DNA of 64,000 bases from Octopus sinensis. Its lineage: Eukaryota. The DNA lies in the NCBI RefSeq assembly GCF_006345805.1, contig NC_043015.1, positions 4,092,001 to 4,156,000 of the forward strand, read 5' to 3'. Position numbers and translations under genes: made by a program. Each line of letters begins with the position of its first letter. The stretch's first letter is position 1. This document shows, one piece after another, positions 1 to 15,329 of the stretch. Under the pieces are notes generated by a model. It worked only from the letters and a program-made list of their open reading frames with translations, was not told where the DNA came from and made no database searches.

Positions 1-3000
1 ATGCATATATAAGTGTATATATATATATGTATATATATATATATGTATATATAGATATAGATATATTTATATATATTTGTATGTATGCATATATAAGTGT
101 ATATATATATATGTATATATGAAAAAAAAATATATATATATCTAGAGGAAATATTTTAAAGAATTCTAGAAATGCATAATATTAAATCCATGTTTTGAAC
201 AAATTTCCCATATTCAAATTATGAATATACGCCGTAATCGAAATTTTAGGATGTTCATATGTTGAATGCATTGCATATAAACAAGAGATGTCTTACTTCC
301 ATTTTAATAACGCAGGGAAATCTATTTACCGTTATACACTTTGTTTCCTTACACGATGAATACTTATAAATGACTCGGATAAACTTCGTTTCGGATTTTT
401 TAAGGAAGTTTAACTGAGTTTGTTGCAATCTAAACTAAAGCAACATTTTATCCTCTATATTTTGAAGTATATGGATTCCTGTTGCATTCAAATTAAATTA
501 CATCACCGTAAACAAATAATATTTCATTATATGACATTAGCTACAAAATTAAATACATGCTTATTGGTAGAAGGCAAGTACTTTGAAAAACGGCAATTAA
601 AGAAACACTATGGATTCCTAGGAGGAATAGGGGGAGTCTTTGAAACAAATTTATAGAGAAAAACCTGAAATGAGCAAAGTAAACCCATTTTCTATTAGTA
701 TTCTCAGCTCATCATACAAAACCAAATGAACCGAAAATGTCTGAATCCTTACTGAGTTACTTGGAACATAGAAAATACATAACATAGGTTAAACATTATG
801 GAATAGAAATGCGAAACACTAGTTAAAAGAGAAATACAAATAACTTATAACGAAAGGCGCTCTGACGGTATGGCTTGCGCTGGTAGAACTATCATTCCAC
901 GGAATATGCACTTAATAATCTGATACTGCAAATAGACATGTTTGCAATAGATAACATAATAAATGACAGAGTATTTGATGAAACCTTTGAATCAATTTAT
1001 AGTTAGCATGTCAGACCAGTTTTTATATATGACTCCAAACAAAGCGTATTAAATATTGTTGATATGCTTGATATAATGATATCGCAATTAAAACTAAAGA
1101 ATTCCTGAATCCGTGAGGTTTTAACACACCTACGATTTGGATGTATATATATTTTAAACTACAATACATTCATGGTATTCCAACAGACATTCGATTTAAA
1201 ATGCTAGAATGTATAATTCGGAGTAACATTTTGCTACATGTGATTAATAATTGTTGAACTATTGTAACTATATTTCTGAATATAGGGAACGTTTACGAAA
1301 ATAAACAAAACACGAATGCAGGTGGTTTACAAACAAACAGATGTATTAGTATAGCTCTCATGAATAGAAAAAGTATTTTATGTTTCGAGCCTATGCTCTG
1401 CTACAGAACGATACACAGATACACACAAGGAGAGAAAAAGAATTGTGTAGTAGCTAACGATCTATCATGGCGTCTGAATAGTTACCGACGAGGAACAAAA
1501 CGAAACGTTTATTCAGAAATGCACGCAGAGCATCGTCTACATATCTTGCATGGAAATGATACTGCTGCACTAAATTTATGCTGCTTTACAACATAAAAGC
1601 TAGAAGAATATTCAGTAGCCCTGTATATCCAGAGATCATTAATAGGTGTTTCCCTTTACTAACGTGGAGCTATTTTCGTTGTACTAAACGTATATACAGC
1701 TATCCCTCTTTATTTGCATACATGCATGCACACTTATATGTTAAGATTAATATATATTTATAAATATAGATACATACATATATACTATATTAATATATAT
1801 ATATAGAGATATTTATATATTAATATTTATATATTTATGTGTGTGTGTGTGTGCAAGTGTTTGATGTGTCTGTGCATATGTATGTATGAATGCATATAAG
1901 AACATGTGTGTGTGTGTATGTGTGTATGTGTGTGGGTGTACTTGAGTAGGTGTGTGCATGTCTGCGTGTGCGTATGTTAATGCAAAGATAAAAGATGCAG
2001 CAGCGCTATACCGATGATGAAGCAGGCAAAAATAGAATATGTTAAAATAGAAGCAGATAAGAAATGTTTTGGTTGACGAAGAGCTGATTCCATATAATTA
2101 GAAATTCTATGCAAATATTAGAGCATTATATTTTCACTTCATGTACCGATTTTAACTGCGCCAAACACAGGAAATGTCTAGAGGCTACAGGAAGAGAAGC
2201 CTGGAGACATTCGTGTTATATATGACAACGTCACGCTACCAGAGTGAATAACACGTTATATTCGATATATTTAAAGAAACGCTTCTTACGAACATCATTC
2301 ATTGCTCTTCGAATGATCTAGCATGAATACAATCTAAGCGTATCTGCATATGTTTGGTAGTGGGGACACTTAAGTTATATTGATACAGTACTGGTATGTT
2401 CCTTAGTTTGAACTGGTATGTTAATTCAGTATTTTTCCGATGTATTTATAATTGTCGTATCCCAATGTCACAATTTCGAATATTGAAATAGACTTGTTTT
2501 TATATATATTAAATGTCACTTTTGCGTTAAATACTCTATTCTGCGATTTGCCAATGCTTCGTGAATTAAATTGCAAAAACACACACGAACATACACACAT
2601 ACATGCATGCATACACACAATCACACACACAGAAACAAAAAAAAATGTATGTGTATGTATGGTTGTATGTATTTGCATGTTTTATGTACAACTATGCGAA
2701 ACAATAATTTTCAACCTACATTAGTCATGCGCTTTTGTCGCTTTGTCACTTTACCTGCAGTCACAGCATGTCTTTAATTATTTGTCAAGTTTACATCAAG
2801 ATTGATTTCGGGTATAGTGGGATAAAAGGGAATGGATTTCTAGCATTTGCTAATGGATAAGCATTGTTTCATGTGAAAAGCAATTAAGTTTTTAGCGTAT
2901 AGTTGACAGGTTAGGAAAGTCCGATCTGCAACATGCATTTGGCATTTGTACTTCAGCGAGAACTGCATCAATGAACAAACAATTCAAAGTCGAGATTTAA

Positions 3001-3243
3001 ACCAATGTTTCCGATTAAGCGCAGGTGGGCGGTGTCGATTTCATAGGCTAATGGGTTTAGATAGAAAACATAGAATATATATGCAATTAAACATTTTCTA
3101 CATGGTTAATACAAATATATTTCAATACTTGTCAAACGTTAGTTTCCAGAAGTGAATGATACAACAGTGCAAGGCAATATTAACAATCTTTAACGATTCT
3201 GCAGTTTTCATATTTTATTCATGTCATGTCAAGAATGTTATCA

Positions 3244-3379
3244 TTATATGTCATATAGAAATTATAAAATTTGCGAACTGGCAGATTGATAAAGCGTCAA
3301 ACATATTCCTTTTGCTATTTTGTTTCTGCCAATATAAGCACTCAGTTCAAGTAACACTGAGGTTAGTTTTCAATTTCAT
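3244..3379 (+). repeat. Source copy of a 136-bp local duplication
   Basis: Matches 5401-5536 at 134/136 nt by direct comparison. Confidence 0.9.
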
Positions 3380-3989
3380 TCCTAAGTAAATAGATTACCC
3401 GCGCTCTTCTAAATTGTGCCCAAATTTTCTTTCCGCTTTTCGTTTTTACAACGACGCAATCCGATGCGATCAGACCTAATATAAACAAATGACTTCATAC
3501 AAAGTTGCCAAAGAAAAGGTGACGTAAGTCAAAAAGTAATGAGATTTCAAGGGGAAAATATAGTGTCAGTGTTTGCAAATAAACAAAGAGAAATAACTGT
3601 CTTTTGGAATGTAGTAGACGCTTGTGATTTTGCACACACATTTCTCAGTAGGGAGAAAGAATGGGAAATTGTATGAGTGAGAGTGAGAGCGCAAGAGAAA
3701 GAGAATAAATATATAAAGGAAGGGAGGGAGTATATATACATATATATATATATGAATAAATAAATGGAGTTTAACGCGGGTGTAAATCAAATATTTTTTT
3801 ACTTTCGACACATGTTTCGAAAATTCCACTGGTAACTATTTATTTAATTTGTCCGTGTTACTTGTTAACAAGGTAAAAATGCACTCATCTCTCTCTCTCT
3901 TTCTCTCTCTCTTCCTCTCTCTCTCCCTCTCTCTCTCTATATATATATATATGTATATATATGCATGTACATGCATCTGTATGTCTGTG

Positions 3990-4205
3990 AATGTCCCCGC
4001 ATCACTGCTTGACAAACGGTGTTTGTGTTTTAAGGTCCATGTGATTTAGCAATTCGGTAATAGACACCAATATAATAACTACTATGCTTAGAAACAGTCC
4101 TGGGTTCGATGTATTCAACTAAAATCCCCATGAAGCTGGTGCTCCAGCATGGCCACAAGTAAATGTCTGTAAAAAAGAAAAGAATAAAGACTTACAAGAA
4201 TATGT
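3990..4205 (+). mobile_element. Degenerate 3' half of SINE family A
   Basis: Similar to the 3' portions of 31198-31620 and 46680-46870 (gcttgacaaac..., gtgctccagcatggcc...). Confidence 0.65.
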
Positions 4206-5208
4206 GTGCGTTCGTGTGTGTTTTTTTTTTGGAAAACACGAATCAAGTACCTGTACTTTGAAATATGGGGTTTGTAGTGTGAGGCTCAATCTGTTAATGG
4301 AAACGATATAGGCCACACGTCAGCCCGAGTCTAAAAGCCGTCCATTATCTAAGCGTCTATCATTGTCCAAATCGTTTTCACTCTTTGTTTTTGTTTCAAG
4401 AGCTGTAGCAATGATATGTGGAAGCAGCTGGAAATTTCTAGGGACTTTAGCTCTATCTTTTTTCCATGTTTTGATTTGTAAATATTGCCATGATGTGTTG
4501 CCATATGTCTGCCAAAGAGCATCTTCTCTGATGGACATGAAACGGCGTTTTGTTAAATGCAGAAGTATATCGTGTATTCATGAGACGGTATTGGGTAAAC
4601 AAATGTATTTGAGCAGATGTGGTAATATATATATCGATTTTCTGCTTAGAGGGGAAAAAAGATATCAGTGCTTATTTAGAGAGGAAATGTTAACCACAGG
4701 TCTGAATTTAGAGTCATGTATAATAATGTAAAAGAAAAATGTTTAATGAGTTTCCATCAAGCAGATTCTGCTTTATGAATATATTATAAAAAGTGTATCA
4801 TTCTTGAAAATTTCAAGTAATTTAGCCTCAACCATGAAGACATTAAATTCAATCAAATCGTTACCCTAGTACACAACTAACATTGCAATTAATGCAAATA
4901 TCATTATTGTTTTTAGCTATGATTAATAGAAGCCATACCACGTTAACAAAATAAAGCGTAGTGGAGTAGCAAGAACATTTATCGAAAAAATTCTTAGCTA
5001 CCATTGGTCTCGCGAGAGGGAAAAAATTAGTCAATAGACTATACAGTGTGCATTCAAGCACAAAGGAGATATCCAAAGAATAGGATATCTGATTCACTAG
5101 AAAAATCAGTTAAACTCCAAGCCACTAATTGCTGTAATTCCGAAAGTGACTGAAAAATAAAAACTTTTAATTTAATCCTAGACCCTGGAAGTTATCTGCA
5201 GACTTAAA

Positions 5209-5705
<497 letters not shown>

Positions 5706-6839
5706 GGAGATACATAATCACATAATTTGCTTCTATTCTGTTACTCTGCAATTAATCAGAAAAATAATTGTAAGCTTTATTCCGAGTCTCCATTTCTTCA
5801 TCTCACAATCTCCATATTTTCATCGATATCAGCAAAATTACTCGATCGCCTCTGATCACAGTAACGGATTCTACGGAAGAAATTGGAAGTGAATTAATCA
5901 TACTATTTTAATAGTCAATGACTCTAATTAACAAAGACGACCAATACATGATTTGCTTGAAGCACAGAAGAAATACGGAGGGTAACATATCATTTCAAAT
6001 CAGAACAATAAGCTATAATATAACCGCATTTAAGAATCTTGTGCAACACAAAGTATCATCATTTAGTTTATACTAATTTGTAAATTATATTTATTCATGT
6101 GTCTGAATTTTCATTTTACATATAACTGTGCATGAATGTATAATTATTTAAATATCTACCTGCATATGTATCTCGCTATCTATCTTACCGTCGATCTATA
6201 AATGAATGTATGTATAAATAATCTGGAAACTATATTTCAATATCCGAATATTTCCTGAATTACAAAAGAAAGTTAGCACAGAATAGCTTATAACTTTATA
6301 TTGGTTCCTTATCATCCTGACAGGAAATAAATTTATATAGATTTCACAGATATTAAATACAATATAGTGTGTGAATTTGATTTTGATATTTCAAATGGTA
6401 TCTCTAAGAATTTTCATAATGTTTTCTATGGGGTATTACCGGCGTGCTCTCTATTGTCGTGGATTATTGAAGCAGGAAGACCCTCATTTCCAGGAATACA
6501 TATTCACACACTCAAATACACGCATATATACTCACTCTCACATACACATATACACACACGCATTTGTATTTATATTTGCACTTATAATGTACATTTATGT
6601 GCATGAACGTATGCTTCTGTATAAGCATACACAATTATATTCATATAACAATACATGCGTGTGTGTATATATAAAACGATAGAAAGAAATATACGTATAT
6701 GTAGACAGTATATTCTAAAAGAATATCTGTCTTCAAATAGGACCGCATAGTATTCATTGATATATTATCGCGTGTACTTATATCAGAAAGTTTAAAATGG
6801 AAATCAGTAACTTCCTATGAAAGAAATAAAGTTTACATT

Positions 6840-8760
6840 TTACTTAATGGAATTAACTGCATTCCTATAATCTTCAATGGTTCTCAGCTCTGGAGGAGGT
6901 CTTGTCAATATGAACCTTCTTCAGCACTCCCTGTAAGACTTGTGATGGTCGGCACCCTCCCTTGTTGCCTTTTATTAGATTATCGGAACTTCAGGTTCCA
7001 TGACAATACAGAGTGGTTTCCTTTTACCTTATTCAGGCAAATGGATGTTGAACTCAGATTATAGAGAACCTGAAGATATACCGAGCCCCGACCAAAGCAC
7101 TAGGCTACGAATCTTCACAATTGTCTGAATAGTATATATATAATTATGTTAACCAAATATCCTTATATGAGAGAGAGCGAACATATACAACATAATCCAC
7201 AGGATGACTGGCATGTTTTCACCTGTACATATTTATAGGATCTAAAATTATTTTCTTGTACGTTTTGATTTTGACATTACCTATAGTTTTTCCTCACTGA
7301 AAACTTGGTTCGTTTGGAGAAGTATTACTTAATGTTATTGCCCGATTTTTATTACAATTGAATAAATATCCAGTTGTCGTTTAAGTAAGACAATAAAAAA
7401 ATCATACAGGTTGCTCCTTGCATAACTCAACGAAATAGTAGGACTCACCCCGTAATTTCTGTTTTTGAGATGGTCCTTGAGATGTCGTTCTTTTCTGTGA
7501 ATATACTGACGTAGAAGAAAATACAGGAAAAGCAAACTCACATGACTTCAAGTTTGATGTGCACCTCTGTGTTGAAGTGTCCATACTGAGAGAACTTATG
7601 TATGATGGTGTAAATAATTATGTCAATTCCTGTAGTAATGCCCTCTGGCATAGGGAATAATAATGTTAAGGGATTTCTCTACGTCAGCATAGAAACTCTA
7701 TTTCTTCAAACACCATAAGGTGTTCAAATGCGGGCCTGAGCAGAAAAGCGAAGAGGATGCTGAATAGTTCTGGAACGCACTGATGACATAAAGAATCCTG
7801 AAATTTCAGGATAAGGGATCAATATGTTTAACGATGGCATTCTATGCATCGAATCACGTTTAAATGTAAGGGTATATGATGATGACAAAAACTTTGAAAA
7901 GCCCATTCTATTCAAAACTTCGAAGGCCATCCTAGGGTGAAAGGAAGTAATGGTGAGTGGATGCCGGCAGTCTTTGATGTTTCTTGTAATTCCGCAAGAC
8001 GATCATGTAAATTAGGAAGTGATATGTCCTGTCAGTGGAAAATTAGCGATTTAGCGAACGGAGAACTTTGCAAAAATGCAATGCAAAGAGCAACTCGTCC
8101 TGTTTCCACAACCAAAAGAGAACTCCTTGTTTTTCAACAAGGTGACAATACTCATAGTGATGATACTTGTTTTCAGTGTAGGAGGTTGTGCAGGTTGCGT
8201 AAAGGATTGGTCACTTGGGAGAGTTGACGGTATGAACCTTTTTAGTGCTTTCCAATTTGGAAGAGGATCAATGGCTTTATTCACCATTCAGGGACTAAGC
8301 AAGTGGATTCAAACCACTTCGGACCCTTTACAACTTCAGTCGTTGAGTGCGGTATAGCTGGTGCTACCTTCAGCTGAATTCTATATCATTTGTCCATAAC
8401 TATCAATTGACATCACAGAGCATTTACCTTCAAATGACCCCATACATTTCACTTATTTCACTGCATGTTCTCTTTCGGTGGCACTACTTAACTGGTATTT
8501 TTCGTAGACTGCATCTTTGGTTTCAGTGAATCTTGCTTACAACAGCTGAATACTCACATATATGATTGATGTCAGTGTTTACATTGGCCATGTATTAAAG
8601 TCACGTTTTACTTCTCTCTCCTCTAGAAGTGTTAGTGGACTCAGTGGATGGTATGCAGATAGACCAAGTAATTTCTTCCCGCTGTAATCGTCATCGTCTC
8701 ACGCGTTTTAATAACCAGGTACCAATTCACGCTTTTGGTTTGAGGTTACATGAATTGTCA
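6840..8760 (-). other. Unidentified complex block, probably a decayed transposable element (weak gag-like similarity)
   Basis: Higher GC and no microsatellites. Stop-interrupted minus-strand frames include ...FTETKDAVYEKYQLSSATERE... and ...IAFLQSSPFAKSLIFH*QDISLPNLHDRLAELQE...; no diagnostic catalytic motif seen. Confidence 0.25.
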
Positions 8761-10587
8761 TAGATATCTGAGCAAAAAATTATACTATTGTCTTGTGCAG
8801 AAATTATGATGGTGTCAACGACTCAATCAAAGTTGACAGATACACGGGAATGTTTAGAAGTAAACAAGAAAATCGAAGAAAGACCCACCTCCTCAGGGTC
8901 TTTCTTATTTTCATTGTACAATCATCGTTCTTCCCCTCTCCATACATCTGAATTTGTCTAAGGAAAGTGTAAGTGGCAGCAGTGTAGTGGTTACGAAACG
9001 GACTTGGGTTATGTGCACACTTTTTTAAAATATTGTAACATTTCTAATGGGTGATTATGGCGGCAGCGTAACAGAGATGTGATCTGAATTGATCATTAAG
9101 GTAATTGATATCTCAAATGATTTTCAAATGTAATTTTCATTAATCAAATATTCTTGTCTCGCTTCATTAAATATGCTAATATTTGTTTCAGCCTTCCGTG
9201 ATTATTACGCAAACACCTCATGTGTGTGGACCACAAATAATTTATCGAGAAAAGGTTAGTTTCCATATACATTTATTGAGGACTAAAATGCGCTGGAGCT
9301 TATTTGATGCATTTCACTCTGAGAATAAAAATAAAGCGAAAACTAAAAGGAAATTTAAAATCAATTCATTGAACACACGCAAAATTCAACAGTATTATAT
9401 CCTTACAAAATTGATGGAAACATTTCATTCATAAAATTCAAGTTTCGTATTCCGATATATTTTTGCATGGTTGTGATGGGGAGAAAAATCTAGCAAGTCA
9501 TCAAATACGGAAAATATATTTCAGGAACGGGATGCTATTTCCATAAGTATTTAAAACGGAAAAGTCACCTACTTATCCACATATAGACAGACAGAAATCT
9601 ATACAAGTTTATCTTTCCATCATTCACGCTGTCTATAATTGTTCATAGCTCACCATACATATATACAGACATGCGTACATTTTTTTTGTATTTGCGCATA
9701 TGTGTTCGGGTATGAATATATACGTGTCAGTGTTTTGAAGAGTAGCGCATAAAGTGTGATGTGGAACATATAAGCAAACGAAATATGAAACAATTTTGCG
9801 TTAAGTCCCCCGCCAGCCTTTGCCAGCATCTTTTATATTTAGGAATTCATTCATAAATAATTTCCAATGCGAACGCTTTTGATCACATTGACTTGATTAG
9901 TATAGGTAGCTGATTACAAATACCATATCACTCGAAGCTTTCTATAGAAGTTTTTTTTATTTCTTCAAGTTTACTAAATCAAACCGCTGTGTAAAAGCCA
10001 ATTGTCATCCAGCTGAGGTTAATATTTAATTGTATATCTTATTGTTGTGCATTGTTTTGTCTAATGAATAATACTGATAGTAAAATAGGAAAATACGTAA
10101 AAGAGAATAAAGCAACAAAACATGGCATAATTACAGAGAAGAGTTAGCAGCCATATTATCACGAAAACAATTTTAGTGATTTGATCAGTAAGTAGCGGCC
10201 TCATCGCAAGATATTTGTGCAAATTATTTTATTATTCACAAAGAAATCGAAGATTACAGTAAGAAATGGGCGCGCACAGATGCGCACACACACGTACACA
10301 TACACGCCCACATAAACACATTTACACGCAAAAACACAAACGCATACACACATACATACACACTAACCAAACATACACATAAATACTTATATCTGTATAC
10401 GTTTGCATGTGGGTGATATACATTTAATCTCAATTCCTGAATGCTTATATGTTGTGATATAGTATAGGCATATGTGTGTACACACGTTCATACGTTATAA
10501 ATATGTATATATATATATATTAATATATATATATATATAATAATGTTTATATATTTGTTTTGAAAGATATATATATATATGTATATA

Positions 10588-10619
<32 letters not shown>

Positions 10620-10621
10620 CA

Positions 10622-10847
10622 CTTTATTTAAAGCAGCAGAAAATTCAACAAAACCTGTTACTCTGTTTCCCGTTGCCGTTCATCGGACAGTTTTTGCTAG
10701 AAAAAAAACTGTCCGATGAACGGCAACGGGAAACTCAGAGTAACAGGTTTGTTGAATTTTCTGCAACTTTAAATAAAGCATACTACTCTACCACTGGTAT
10801 TTGAGTACTCTTTTTCCCACCTTGTTTCACATTTATGTGTTTACTCT

Positions 10848-10850
<3 letters not shown>
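10622..10850 (+). mobile_element. Fold-back element in (TA)n: ~74-bp inverted arms (10622-10695 / 10704-10778) plus unique tail
   Basis: Near-perfect inverted repeat, flanked on both sides by (TA)n. Tail motif cttgtttcacatttatgtg..tactctggtata recurs at ~46900-46935. Confidence 0.85.
10709..10746 (+). ncRNA. Minimal type-I hammerhead-ribozyme-like motif (U4C variant core)
   Basis: ctgt-CCGATGA-a.cg.gcaa.cg.g-GAAAC-tcaga-GTA-acag; stem I is ctgt/acag; near-copy on the minus strand in the left arm. Confidence 0.5.
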
Positions 10851-10916
<66 letters not shown>

Positions 10917-11489
10917 CACAAACAAAGATGTACATACTTACCTATAGTATTTTACAAGTATATATACACACGTGAGCATGAACGCAGTCATATATGCGCA
11001 AGTACTGTGAATATATATATGTAACTAAACCGTTTTAGCAGTGCGACAAGTTCATAATCAACGAATGTTAAACCAAACCAAAACTGAATTGGATACCACA
11101 GTATTCCGTGTGTTCCAATGTTATAATAACTAATGTGCGTCAACTGCTAAACAAGTTTCTGTCATATTTGCAAACCATTATAAAATTACTTCCTACACCG
11201 ATCCGTCAAAAGTTACAATCGTACATATAGGTGTAAAGATAATGAAGTTAGAATATAGCATCCTGAAATAACCGTGTTATAATTGGTTAGAAAACATACT
11301 AGAATGCACGATAAGTAGACACATGTGTACACACGTACATGAACCTATAGCTGTGTAGGCATTAGATTAACGGGTACGTTTAATATTTTATTGTGTAGAA
11401 CTTGTACACAAGTTATAGAAGTTGCACAAAGTGGCTCATTATTGGTTTCAAATGTTGGCAGGAGGTAAGCAAGTTCAGTGGAGTGATTA

Positions 11490-11640
11490 TTTTAGTACTA
11501 AACTTGTACTTACTTTATCGATCCCAAATGTATGAACAGCAAAGCTGACCTCGGTGTAAATTCGATGACGTAAAGATGAACAAAGTGCCGCTAGGTATTT
11601 TGTACTGTGTCATAACGACCCTACTAACTCGCCTTCTTAA
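11490..11640 (-). mobile_element. Degenerate SINE family B-like copy
   Basis: Reverse complement gaaggcgagttag...ccgaggtcagctttgc...gggatcgataaagtaagtac resembles 61852-62089. Confidence 0.55.
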
Positions 11641-11889
11641 TCTGACTTGGTACAACGAATAACGACGATCACTGTTAATTCTAATCCTAAATATGGTTCA
11701 GACAGAAACGCAATTCCTACCACATTCGAACGATCGAATTCTATGATTAAATACTCTTCAGCAAATTAACTAAACCGAAAATTAAACATATTTATATGTG
11801 TCAGGCTGTGTTTATAATTGCGTGTAAGTGTGTGCGCGCACACACACACAAACACATACGCACACACACATATGCGCGCGCAAGCACAT

Positions 11890-12020
11890 ATATTTAAACC
11901 ACCGGATTCTTTTAGTTTCCGAAGTTGCACTATAATTCACTAGCGCAATGTGCCATGCAGTTGATCTGAAACCGGAATGTTGTAATTGAGAAGCAAGCTT
12001 CTTACCGCGCAAGCCTGTCT
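11890..12020 (-). mobile_element. Degenerate 5' head of SINE family A
   Basis: Reverse complement gcggtaagaagcttgcttctc...ttccggtttcag...gcatggcac. Confidence 0.5.
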
Positions 12021-12104
12021 GTATTTACACACACACATACACACACACATACACACATACACACATACACACACACACACACATATTATTTATTTATGCG
12101 TCCT

Positions 12105-12330
12105 TTTCAAACCTAGTCAAGCGTAAGTGTTCCCCCTCGTCCACCTGCACGGGACGCTAGTCCATCGCAGCCGTTACCCAAGAAACAGGAAGAGAGAGTG
12201 AGAGAAAGAGTACAACGGATGTCGTTGAGCCCTTAGGTGTTTTCGCTCAATAAACATACACAACGCCAATCAAAAGCGCGATCCTCTGACCACGAGTCCG
12301 CTGCACTAACCACTGGACCATTGCGCCTCC
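12105..12330 (-). mobile_element. tRNA-derived SINE family C
   Basis: Minus-strand 5' end ggaggcgcaatggtccagtggttag (A-box-like); homologous to 26547-26846. Confidence 0.8.
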
Positions 12331-12348
12331 TCACACACACATACACAC

Positions 12349-12380
<32 letters not shown>

Positions 12381-13534
12381 CATATATAAATATATATATA
12401 CATATATAAATATATATATATATATATAATATATATATATATATATAATATATAAATTATATATATATATATATATATAATTTATTTCACATGCCTTGGG
12501 CAAATGATTAACCTTATATTCCGTTCGAAATCATTTTGTGCCCATTTCGATAAAGTTCTTTCCTTCTCGTTTGACATAATTTTTAGCCTCGAAATCTTGA
12601 AATGATTACCGAGGGACGACAACCGTATTGTGAACAGTAACGACAAAGGTATCATCGATAAAGCTTTAAATCTATTTCAGACGGTGCTCTTTTATAATTA
12701 CCATAATATTTGCTACTAATGTTTGAACGCTACATACATCGGAATTACAGGTACATAAACAATAATAAAACAGTGTGATGAAGTTGTAATATACCTGTCT
12801 GCAGCGCTGCATTTCTCCACAATCTAAAACAAAAAGTGCTCGTAGCGTAGGTGATAGAGCTACAAAAAGACGGGATTTTGTCTCACACTAGTCTTTTTGC
12901 ATCTATGTATTATGTAACCGTATACACACAAACCCGTGTATAATACATGCATGCATATATGCACATAAATGCATGTGTCCATATATTTATTTGCCTCTCT
13001 CTTCTCTCTCTCACACTATATACACACACATATATATATATATATATAGCACTCGTCCTCATATATGTGTATGGTCATTGAATAGTTAAATAGGTAATAG
13101 GTTAAACATTATCTAAGAATGGGATACAGCGTATGATTACAACTGACAGCTCTTCTTCCACGTTAACAACCTTTGCGCACGCAGAGTTCATGAATTATTC
13201 GTTGCCAGTCTGGAAATCAATATTTCCGTATTAGTTTATATGAAGAGTAACATCGCATAAATCTAGAAGCGAAAGAACAATGCGGTACCTTTTAAATATT
13301 GGTAGCAGGAGGAAAGGATAAGACAATATAGGAAAACTTGAATGTAGGAAAAAGGAAAACGATTATTCATGTAAAACGTATATTCTCTTACTACAAGCAC
13401 TCTTTTCGAAATTATTATGTATGAGAAAGTAGAAATATGGCATCGTATGAATGCATAACAGTAAACACAATACCTGGTAATATTTGGTATACACTATATA
13501 TATATTTATGTTATTACAAATTGTAGTGTCTGCG

Positions 13535-13650
13535 GAGAATCATTCTCATTTAGTGCCTTATTATTTCACACACTCATCAGTAAAGTTTGCACTTATTTAC
13601 ATATTTTTTCCTAAAATTTTCGTTGAGTATTGCAGCTTTCCAACAGTCAT
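13535..13650 (+). repeat. Fragment of the 61024-61280 fold-back family (left arm)
   Basis: gtgccttatta...acacactca.c.gtaaa.tt..cactt shared with 61050-61105. Confidence 0.6.
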
Positions 13651-13841
13651 TAACTTTGTCCGTTATCCGAGCTGCGTTCCTCTTGTTTGTTTCTGCGCAT
13701 GTGTGTGGATCAGTATGTGTGGTTATTCAGGTATATGTATGTATGTATGTATACATGTATGTATTATACATCCGTTTGTTTTGTCCACCACCTGTCTTCG
13801 CCTTTTGTTTTTTTCCAGAACTCTGCCCCTATGTATGTATG

Positions 13842-13909
<68 letters not shown>

Positions 13910-15329
13910 GCTTGTAAGTGTTTGTATGCATGTATGTGTGTGCGTATGTATATATGCCTGTGTGTGAGTACATTTATATACATTTATTCTGCACATTCAT
14001 GTTTATATGTTCATGTATGTGCGTATTTATGCGTGTGAGTGTGTGTGTGTATGTGTGTTTGCATGTCTGTGTGTGTCTCCTTGTGTGTGCATGTTTGAGT
14101 GTGACAGTGTATGGGATTTTGTGACTATGTACTGTGCATGTAAGAGTTTGTTTCTTCATATATGTCCTTACGTGCAGTGAAGTGTGTGTGTATATGGTCG
14201 CATGTTTCAGTCTTCCTTTGCGCATGTATGTGTGTATGTATGCTTGTCTGTTTATATTACCTATCTACCTATCCGTCTGCATCTCTATCTGTTAACATTC
14301 ATATCCCTTTGCCGGCATACATAGGCATGTACATATACATATACACATGAAGACACATACATCATACAGCATATGGCTAACTTTGTCCATAATAGTATAA
14401 AGGCAACTATAGACCGAAGCACCTGAAAACCTTATAACTAATTACCGGTTCTAGACATTTTGAAATAGAACTGTGGGTAATAGAATTAACAGTCAATGTA
14501 ACACCAAAATCATGCAAGCTTCACGGATGAGCCTGGAAGTATATGTCAGACTACTGGTGATTTTCAAATAGTTTAGTGTGTAATAAATTTGCAATGATAC
14601 ACCAGTTTTCGGCATGAGGATAGCGTTAGCTTTACAACAGCCCTGTAAATGAAAAAGGTGCAGTAAGTGCATCATGAGCCATATACAAGGGCCTATTTAT
14701 ACATAAAATTCTAGATTTGGGTAATTACAGGACGGAAGACCGCGTCGAACGGCGTGAAAAATCATGAAGTGCAAGGAGTAACCCTCTTATACGATAAACG
14801 CTCTGGAACAGCATAAATAGAGATACGAATAGGCTCAGCAGATTCAGAATGGGTTATGTTAATACAAAGTTGGATAGCGTAAGGATTTAGGTGCGACACA
14901 GAATAGTGATTAATGTAGCACATTTCTATAACCTGCGCGTCAATGTCACCGAATTGCTGAGACACATTAAGTGAGCAACTGAAGATACGACATCTTTCAA
15001 TAGGAAACCAGTCAAAATTATTTTCTTCTATATGCTACAAGCGCACATGTCTAATCACGATAGGAGAATAGAGGTGCAGCTCTCAACCTAATCTTAAATA
15101 ACGTAGTGTTCTAGAATTTAAAATATATGTATAGAACAACGCATGTGGAATATCGAACATTTTTTACATGATCAGTGCTGGAAGTAATTTCTATAGAAAA
15201 TATGTAGAGACACCCTAAGTAAGTAATTATTTGCTGTCTTAATTAATGGATTATGTGTATCTTCACGCTGTAATTGCTTATAATACCAATAGCTTCATAT
15301 AGGGATTTCCGAATCTTCTCAAGCATTCA

